From Bacteroidota bacterium (GTDB taxonomy: Bacteria; Bacteroidota; Bacteroidia; Bacteroidales; UBA4417): a stretch of DNA of 64,000 nucleotides. The position numbers were made by a program, and so were the translations under genes. The notes under the pieces are model-generated. The model worked only from the letters and a program-made list of their open reading frames with translations. It was not told the DNA's origin and made no database searches. Location of the stretch: contig JAKLFM010000006.1 of NCBI GenBank assembly GCA_022711175.1, positions 8,720 through 72,719 on the forward strand, written 5' to 3'. The number at the start of each line of letters is the position of its first letter. The first letter of the stretch is position 1. Positions 57,478-64,000 of this stretch are shown piece after piece.

Positions 57478-60042
57478 ATGGATAAACCATACGCCGTTCT
57501 TAGCATACCTATCATCAGCCTGGTTGTTTATCTTGCATCCTTGCTGGCTATAAGATTGGGTGTGTTCAGCAAAGATACGCATCGGAAATTCTGGAATATA
57601 TTTTTACTGGCAGCTTTTGCCGGAGCAGCCGGATTGGGATTCCTGCTCGCACTGCAGGTCAATTACAAATTCGACCTGCTTACAGCCGCAACGTTTCTCA
57701 AGGTTCATGTGGATTTCGGCATTGCTCTGCTTGTGATAGCATTGCTTCACTTTTTAAGGCATCTCACCTATTACCTGAAAATTATTAAACCGCGGCATGA
57801 AAAAAAGGCGGTTGAACAGAACCAGAGTGAAACGATAACTAAGAATAGCGGCACTGACGGTGAAATAAAAAGTTCAAGCAGTTACTGCTTTCTGTTACCA
57901 TTCTGCCTGGGGCTAACGTCCATGTCGGCCCAAATTATCCTGCTCAGGGAATTTCTTTCGGTTTTCAATGGCAACGAACTTGTTATAGGAGTTGTTCTGG
58001 CCAACTGGATGTTGCTCACCGGCGCCGGGGCATGGCTCGGAAGGTTCACATTTAAGCAAAGGCCGACGGATGCAGGTCCTGCTTCAGCAATAACCGCACT
58101 TGCAGGAGCTGCCCCTGCTACTTTGTTTGCCCTTGATGCTTTGCGAAATGTTCTGTTCACCGCCGGCAGCATGGTGGGGATTTTGGAAGTGTATCTCGCC
58201 TCATTAATACTATTGGCGCCATTTTGCCTCACATCGGGATTGCTTTTCACCCGGCTGACGGCACTTAATGCGCTTTGGCCCGACAAAAGCTCCATTGGGA
58301 AAGTTTATGCCTGGGAAAGCATCGGGAGTGTGGCCGGTGGTGCGCTGTTCAACTTTGTACTTGTGTTTTTCCTCAGGCCATTCGAGGCTTTCGGGATTAT
58401 CATAGCCGTAAACGCCCTGCTTCTGGGGATTTGGGCTTTCACATCAGGGGTAAGGAGTCTGCTGCGAAGTGCTATGTTCATTGGCTTCGTTTTCTCTGGA
58501 GTCATCGTTTTCCTGAATCCTGACATTGCCGCTAAAAAGCTACTTCTGCCGGGCCAGCAAATTCTGAAATACACAAATTCACCTTTTGGTGATATCGTTT
58601 TCTCCGGGAGCGAAGGTCAAATGAATCTATACGAAAACAATACGCTGATCTACACTACCAACAACATTATTTCGAACGAGGAATCGGTCCATTATGCGAT
58701 GCTTCAGCGCGATAACCCGAAGAATGTGCTGCTTATCGGCGGCTGTTTCCCGGGTGTGATAGGTGAAGTATTGAAATATCCCGTCAAAAAGATTGATTGC
58801 ATAGAAATGAGCCGCCGGCTGCTCGAAGAAACAAAAAGTACACTGGGAATGCCGGATGATAAACGATTCAATGTTATTACAGGTGATCCGGTTTTGAATT
58901 TGCGTAAAAACATACAAAAGGTGAGATATGATAACCAGGATGGTAGTTCCAGAGTTAAGTACGATGTCGTTCTGCTGAATCTCCCTGATCCTTACACCCT
59001 TCAGCTGAACCGCTTTTATTCGCTGGAGTTCATGCAGCTGTTAAAACCCCTGATGACCGATGATGGCGTGGTTTCGCTCAGCCTGACCGCCACAGCCGAT
59101 TACATGGGATTCAGCTCCCGGAAGGTACAGTCGGTGATGTATGCAACCCTGAAACATATATTCAGTAATGTGATGGTGATTCCCGGCGACAGGAATCATT
59201 TCGTTGCTTCCGATAGCCCTGTAAGGATTGATGTTGCTGCACTTCAGGTGGAAAGAGGAATAGAAACGCAATATGTAAATCCATATTACATTGACGATCA
59301 GTCGATAAGCGAGCGCAGCCAGGTGTTGATGAAAGCCATTGATGCCGAGGCGCCGGTAAATCACGATTTTGAACCGGTTGCATTTAAAAGCCAACTCGAT
59401 TACTGGCTCGATTATTTCGGCATCAGCCTGCGACTGCTGCCTGTTGTGCTGCTGCTTGTAATACTGGCAGTGCTTTTGAGGAGCGATGGCATTGGTGCAG
59501 GAGTGTTTATGGCCGGTTTTGCAGCTTCAGCTTCCGAAATAGCTGTTCTGCTCGCATTCCAGGTCCTGTATGGCTATGTTTTTATTGCTGCTGGCATGTT
59601 CATCACGCTCTTCATGCTGGGTCTGGCCATTGGCGCAGTACTTGGACACAGGTATTTTGTGAATCCTTCCTTCAAGGCCGTCACCTGGTTACAGGTTTGT
59701 ATGTCGGTTGCGATGCTTGCAGTTTCGGGTGTCATCTATGGTTTTTACAAGGTTCATTGGAGCGTAGCAATCATCCATATTGGATTCGGGCTTATTTTAC
59801 TGGCTATCGCTATGCTCACCGGTATTATCTTCCAGGTAACGTCGGTAGTGAAAAAAGGTGAAGTAAAGACCGTGGCCGGTTCGCTCTATGGTTCCGATTT
59901 GCTGGGATCGGCAATCGGGGCTCTCCTTATGAGCATCTTCATGATCCCGGAACTGGGCTTGTTCAAATCTTTGCTTTCTCTGACTGTGCTGTGCCTGTTT
60001 TCAGTATTAGTTATGTTGTTGAAAAGGAAGCCGGTATTGTAA
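57478..60042 (+). CDS. Polytopic membrane protein with an embedded spermidine-synthase-like (aminopropyl/methyltransferase-fold) domain
   Basis: 854 aa with about 10 N-terminal TM segments. The soluble core VLLIGGCFPGVIGEVLKYPVKKIDCIEMS...YDVVLLNLPDP resembles SpeE GGG(D/x)G and D..DP motifs. About 6 further TM segments follow. Confidence 0.75.
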   Translation: MDKPYAVLSIPIISLVVYLASLLAIRLGVFSKDTHRKFWNIFLLAAFAGAAGLGFLLALQVNYKFDLLTAATFLKVHVDFGIALLVIALLHFLRHLTYYLKIIKPRHEKKAVEQNQSETITKNSGTDGEIKSSSSYCFLLPFCLGLTSMSAQIILLREFLSVFNGNELVIGVVLANWMLLTGAGAWLGRFTFKQRPTDAGPASAITALAGAAPATLFALDALRNVLFTAGSMVGILEVYLASLILLAPFCLTSGLLFTRLTALNALWPDKSSIGKVYAWESIGSVAGGALFNFVLVFFLRPFEAFGIIIAVNALLLGIWAFTSGVRSLLRSAMFIGFVFSGVIVFLNPDIAAKKLLLPGQQILKYTNSPFGDIVFSGSEGQMNLYENNTLIYTTNNIISNEESVHYAMLQRDNPKNVLLIGGCFPGVIGEVLKYPVKKIDCIEMSRRLLEETKSTLGMPDDKRFNVITGDPVLNLRKNIQKVRYDNQDGSSRVKYDVVLLNLPDPYTLQLNRFYSLEFMQLLKPLMTDDGVVSLSLTATADYMGFSSRKVQSVMYATLKHIFSNVMVIPGDRNHFVASDSPVRIDVAALQVERGIETQYVNPYYIDDQSISERSQVLMKAIDAEAPVNHDFEPVAFKSQLDYWLDYFGISLRLLPVVLLLVILAVLLRSDGIGAGVFMAGFAASASEIAVLLAFQVLYGYVFIAAGMFITLFMLGLAIGAVLGHRYFVNPSFKAVTWLQVCMSVAMLAVSGVIYGFYKVHWSVAIIHIGFGLILLAIAMLTGIIFQVTSVVKKGEVKTVAGSLYGSDLLGSAIGALLMSIFMIPELGLFKSLLSLTVLCLFSVLVMLLKRKPVL

Positions 60043-60152
60043 ATTATCAGTAGGTCGAAATAAAATTTTGAATCAACAGCCTCAACATAAACACCGGTTC
60101 AGTGACGACTGAGCTTCTTCATGACGTAACTTTGTTGGTGAAGCTTCAATAA

Positions 60153-61289
60153 ATGGATAAAAGAGTCTTTATTAAATCGGTTTTTGCTGCAGCAGGTTGC
60201 TTTGCCTGTGGCCTGAACCGCTCTTTTTCCGAAGCAAATAATTTCATTGCTGAAACGCCTGCGGGCGGAGACTTGTGGAAATGGAACCATGAAGCCTATC
60301 ATTACAAAGTTACCGAAAGAGGAGTTGAATGCACCAATTGTCCCAACGGATGCACATTAAAACGAAAGGAAACCAGCAAATGCCGAAACCGCATCAACAT
60401 TGGCGATAAGCTTTACAGCATTGCTTATGGCAATCCATGTGCGGTTCACATTGACCCTATCGAGAAAAAGCCATTCTTTCATTTTCTGCCTTTGTCCAGG
60501 GCGTTTTCGATAGCCACAGCCGGCTGCAACCTCGCATGCCTGAATTGCCAGAACTGGGAAATTTCACAGAAAAGTCCCAGGGAGACCACCAATTATGACC
60601 TTATGCCGGCCATGGTGGTGGATGAGGCTCTTAATAACAATTGCGAAAGTATTGCATACACCTATTCGGAACCGACCACATTTTACGAATACGTATATGA
60701 TACGGCCGTGATTGCCCGCAGTAAAGGTATCAGGAATGTTTATAAATCAAACGGTTACATCAACGAGAAGCCAATCAGGATGCTGAGTAAATACCTTGAT
60801 GCAGCCAACATTGACCTGAAAGGATTTACTGAAGCCTCGTATCTCAAGTTGAATTCGGGGAAACTGGCACCTGTGCTCAGGACATTGCAGGTGCTAAAAG
60901 AAGAAGGCGTGTGGCTCGAAATCACCAACCTCGTTATTCCCACCTGGACAGATAATCTGGATATGATTAAAAACATGTGTAACTGGCTGGTGAAGAACAA
61001 CATGGCTGATTGCCCGCTGCATTTCAGCCGTTTCACGCCCTTGTACAAACTCACCCAACTGCCTTCCACGCCGGTGCAGGTTTTGCAAAAAGCACGTAAT
61101 ATTGCCCTTTCGGAGGGAATGAAGTATGTTTATGTCGGGAATGTTCCCGGCACCGATCTGGAGAATACCATTTGCCCGAAATGCAGGAAAACCGTGGTTC
61201 AACGAAAAGGATTTGTTGTTACGGCCAATAACTTAGTAGATGGAGCTTGTAGATTCTGTCATCAGAAAATCGCCGGAACCTGGAACTAA
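60153..61289 (+). CDS. AmmeMemoRadiSam system radical SAM enzyme (PFL-activase-like)
   Basis: 378 aa. The radical SAM cluster motif is CNLACLNCQNW. It has an N-terminal Cys-rich segment (CTNCPNGC...C) and C-terminal CPKC...C..C. Confidence 0.85.
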   Translation: MDKRVFIKSVFAAAGCFACGLNRSFSEANNFIAETPAGGDLWKWNHEAYHYKVTERGVECTNCPNGCTLKRKETSKCRNRINIGDKLYSIAYGNPCAVHIDPIEKKPFFHFLPLSRAFSIATAGCNLACLNCQNWEISQKSPRETTNYDLMPAMVVDEALNNNCESIAYTYSEPTTFYEYVYDTAVIARSKGIRNVYKSNGYINEKPIRMLSKYLDAANIDLKGFTEASYLKLNSGKLAPVLRTLQVLKEEGVWLEITNLVIPTWTDNLDMIKNMCNWLVKNNMADCPLHFSRFTPLYKLTQLPSTPVQVLQKARNIALSEGMKYVYVGNVPGTDLENTICPKCRKTVVQRKGFVVTANNLVDGACRFCHQKIAGTWN

Positions 61290-61321
61290 AACCAACTGTT
61301 AATTTATTGTTATTCAATTGT

Positions 61322-62020
61322 ATGAAAATTGTTTCTCTTCTTGAAGATTTCATCTCGTTCTTCTATCCAAACACATGCTTTGCCTGCGGTAATTCGTTGT
61401 TTAAGCATGAGAAGATTTTATGCACCCATTGCCTTCATAATCTGCCAAAGACCAATTACCATATGCACCCCGGTAACCCGCTCGATAAGGTTTTCTGGGG
61501 CAGGGTGAAGATTGAACAGGCCACCGCCCTGTATTATTTCAGCAAGGGCGGCAAAGTTCAGCACCTGATTCACCAGCTCAAATACAGGGGCAAGAAGGAG
61601 ATCGGGGTTTATCTGGGCAAATTGCTGGGCAACGAACTGAAAGAAATTCCTTCCTTTCACGAAATCAGTGCTGTGGTGCCTGTGCCTTTACACCCGCGCA
61701 AGCAGCGAAAACGCGGCTATAACCAGAGCGAACAGTTTGCCATCGGGCTCGCCGAAGCAATGGGAATTAAACTGGAAACCAAATCGTTTATCCGTAAAGT
61801 TGCCACCGAAACACAAACCAAGAAATCACGGTTTGCCCGTTGGGAAAATGTGAAGGAAATATTTAGCGTTACTGACCCGGCAAAACTCGAAGGCCGTCAT
61901 TTGCTTTTGGTGGATGATGTGGTGACAACCGGAGCCACCATCGAATCGTGTGCCAACATTTTGCTGGCGTTGCCTGGTGTGAAGCTGAGCATTGCTTCAA
62001 TTGCTTTTGCTCATGAATAA
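61322..62020 (+). CDS. comF: ComF-family phosphoribosyltransferase-fold protein
   Basis: It has N-terminal zinc-finger-like CFAC...CTHC and a C-terminal PRTase motif, LLLVDDVVTTGATI. I start it at the ATG at 61322; the ORF-track start at 61307 is TTG. Confidence 0.8.
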   Translation: MKIVSLLEDFISFFYPNTCFACGNSLFKHEKILCTHCLHNLPKTNYHMHPGNPLDKVFWGRVKIEQATALYYFSKGGKVQHLIHQLKYRGKKEIGVYLGKLLGNELKEIPSFHEISAVVPVPLHPRKQRKRGYNQSEQFAIGLAEAMGIKLETKSFIRKVATETQTKKSRFARWENVKEIFSVTDPAKLEGRHLLLVDDVVTTGATIESCANILLALPGVKLSIASIAFAHE

Positions 62021-62026
62021 CTTCGA

Positions 62027-64000
62027 CTAGAGTTTTCCTGCAACAACAGTCGTCTTTTTGAAACGCTTGACGTCACCCTGCAGGTCGAATATTTCGATAT
62101 AAACAACATACCTGCCGATGGCAGCTTTGGTATTGTCATCGGTGATGCCATCCCAGGTAAAGGCTCCTGAAATGCCGCATAATTCGTTGTTTACAAGCTT
62201 GCGCACCTGCCGCCCTGTGGCATCATAAATTGTGACGCGGGCATTGTAACCTGGTTCGTCGAATGCATAGGCGATTGTAAGGTAATCATCTTTGCCGTCG
62301 TTGTCGGGTGAAATGATATCCGGTGAGAGCAGTATTTCATTGCCAGAATTATCCACTATGCCAAATTGCGAATTCTGATAAGCAGGCGTTGCAAAACCTG
62401 CCGTTTGCGAAGCCGAATGCCAGTTCGAAACCTGGTCCCATGGCAGGTTTGGATTGATTCGCTCAAGCGAAACCCCCTCAGCATTTGTCAATAATGGGTA
62501 TTGCATTTTATCATTATAGGCGAAGCGGTCGATCACCAAGCCGGTCTTTAATGCCAGCGCAATTGCCCCTTCATCGTCGTTCATTGAAGGCAAGTCATCA
62601 ACCTGCACAAATCCGGCAGGGTTGGTGGTGATATAAAAGGCTTTAACGGCTGCCGTATCTGTTGTCAGAACCAGGTAATCACCCGGCAGGATGAGTCTCG
62701 ATTCGCTGCTCAGGTTCGATTCATCACTCAATATTAATGTGGCAGTATCACAGGTGGCTAAAATAAGCCACTGCAAATCAAAGACATCTGTAGTTCTGTT
62801 AAGGATTTCAACAAAATCAACGCATCCCGGAGCGGGATTGTAAAGCACTTCGTTGATAACGATGTCATCAGGTCTGGCCACTGAAGGTATGGCGAACCGG
62901 GCTGTGGCCGATGATGAGATCACATTGCCCGCACAATCGCTAAATGAACCGCTGAGCGTGAGAGTATAAACCGTTCCCTGAACGATGGGATTGGCAAGTA
63001 TCATGACAACTTTCCGGTAATCGGGACCTGTAAGTAATACTGCAGCAGGATTTCCAATGCCATTATCAATGTTGTAATTAGCAGGATTTGAGATCGTTGT
63101 GCTATCCATCGATTCCGAAAACCATACCGGGATTTGGTATGGAGTATCTACGCCTACTCTTAGGATTTCAGGCAAAGTGTAATCGGGATTTGAAGCGCCG
63201 GCGTTGTTAATTCTGCCCGGTGTGCCTCCCGATGCATCGTTTGAGGCAGTCCAGTTGGCGGCATCGCCGCAGGGATTCAAAGGGTCGATCTGCTCCAGCG
63301 ACCAGCCTCCATCTTTTTTATAATCACTTCCGTACCAGTCGTCAGTGAATGTGACCGAATGAATCATACGTCCGCCGGCGTCAGTAAGCGTTATGGTGGT
63401 TCCTGTATTTACCACCGAAAAGCTCGAGAATCCTAAACATGGGCCATATGCTGATAGTGCTGGCTGCGCGGCGGCTGATCCTATAATGAGGTAATCGCCA
63501 GCAGGAAGAGAATAGGATGGAAAGGTCTTCACACTGCTGCCAAGCGTTAGCGTCCAGTTTTCAAGATCAATGTCAAAGTTCCTCCGGTTAAATATCTCAA
63601 TGTACTCTTCGTCGGGCAGTCCCACAACTGGATTCGGATCGGCCATAATTTCGTTGATGAGCACATCAAATTGTTTCACTTGGTGCCAGCCTACAGCGAT
63701 TTGAGCATTTTGCATCACATTGCCTGCCAGGTCTTTAATTCCGTCGGCTGATAAAATGTAAGCAACATCCGGTGTAAAATCAGTATCAAAAAGCAGGTGT
63801 ATAAGCGAAAAATCCTGCGCATCGCGAACGGCAATGCTGGGATTACCGATCGCCTGGTCAACGGAGTAGTTGGTCGCTTTCTCTGCGCTTGCCTGGTCGA
63901 GACTTTCGGAAAAATGCAAGTCTATAGTGTTGGCCGACAGCACGTTGGCCGTGAGTAAAGTTGGCGGGGTTTTATCAACGATTACCTCGCCTGCATACAC
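62027..64000 (-). CDS. Lamin-tail-domain (LTD) repeat protein, partial (N-terminus beyond the window end)
   Basis: At least 657 aa, open to the window edge. Two LTD signatures are present: LINEIMADPNP...EYIEIFN and VINEVLYNPAPGCVDFVEILN. They are interleaved with Ig-like segments, and a C-terminal beta-sandwich sorting-type tail follows (DDYLTIAY...GRYVVYIEI). Confidence 0.7.
   Translation of the reverse strand: MYAGEVIVDKTPPTLLTANVLSANTIDLHFSESLDQASAEKATNYSVDQAIGNPSIAVRDAQDFSLIHLLFDTDFTPDVAYILSADGIKDLAGNVMQNAQIAVGWHQVKQFDVLINEIMADPNPVVGLPDEEYIEIFNRRNFDIDLENWTLTLGSSVKTFPSYSLPAGDYLIIGSAAAQPALSAYGPCLGFSSFSVVNTGTTITLTDAGGRMIHSVTFTDDWYGSDYKKDGGWSLEQIDPLNPCGDAANWTASNDASGGTPGRINNAGASNPDYTLPEILRVGVDTPYQIPVWFSESMDSTTISNPANYNIDNGIGNPAAVLLTGPDYRKVVMILANPIVQGTVYTLTLSGSFSDCAGNVISSSATARFAIPSVARPDDIVINEVLYNPAPGCVDFVEILNRTTDVFDLQWLILATCDTATLILSDESNLSSESRLILPGDYLVLTTDTAAVKAFYITTNPAGFVQVDDLPSMNDDEGAIALALKTGLVIDRFAYNDKMQYPLLTNAEGVSLERINPNLPWDQVSNWHSASQTAGFATPAYQNSQFGIVDNSGNEILLSPDIISPDNDGKDDYLTIAYAFDEPGYNARVTIYDATGRQVRKLVNNELCGISGAFTWDGITDDNTKAAIGRYVVYIEIFDLQGDVKRFKKTTVVAGKL

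Overview
This 64-kb window looks like a Bacteroidota chromosome. That is an inference from gene content: a Bacteroides-type integrase, a Y_Y_Y/LytTR two-component pair, a DUF4369-TlpA lipoprotein, a TonB_C protein, a bacterial GH3 protein and a lamin-tail-domain protein.

Part A (1-15084) is the integrase-proximal end of an integrated genomic island. It is longer than 15 kb and its other end lies beyond the window start. All 12 confidently called genes are on the minus strand. The island ends at a 45-nt 3' fragment of tRNA-Asn(GTT), which is probably the att scar. Read from the tRNA fragment towards position 1, the island contains:
- a tyrosine integrase
- an orphan 355-aa protein
- two HTH_17 excisionase-like proteins
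- a VirE_N/DUF3987 primase-helicase
- a tightly packed defence operon of type III Mod, type III Res, an AIPR protein and an unusual zinc-deaminase::Schlafen-family (HATPase_c_4 + wHTH) fusion
- a CATG-dense tandem-repeat spacer
- a GIY-YIG/DUF4357 protein
- higB and higA (higA is cut by the window edge)

Part B (15.2-64 kb) is ordinary core genome:
- Nucleotide-sugar genes (UXS, ugd, galE) and two two-component modules.
- ppk2, hemW, GH3, a LysE transporter, recJ and purH.
- mreBCD, assorted transporters, pepT and a GH16 hydrolase.
- A divergent butyrate-kinase homologue.
- An AmmeMemoRadiSam locus interrupted by a large membrane-embedded spermidine-synthase-like protein.
- comF and a partial lamin-tail-domain protein.

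I found no rRNA, intact tRNA, CRISPR array or transposase.

The best candidate for something undescribed is the deaminase fusion at 1791-3296, together with AIPR and the repeat spacer downstream of the type III R-M. The second candidate is the AmmeMemoRadiSam plus membrane aminopropyltransferase-like locus at 55.9-61.3 kb.

All family calls come from motif recognition by eye. No database search was run.
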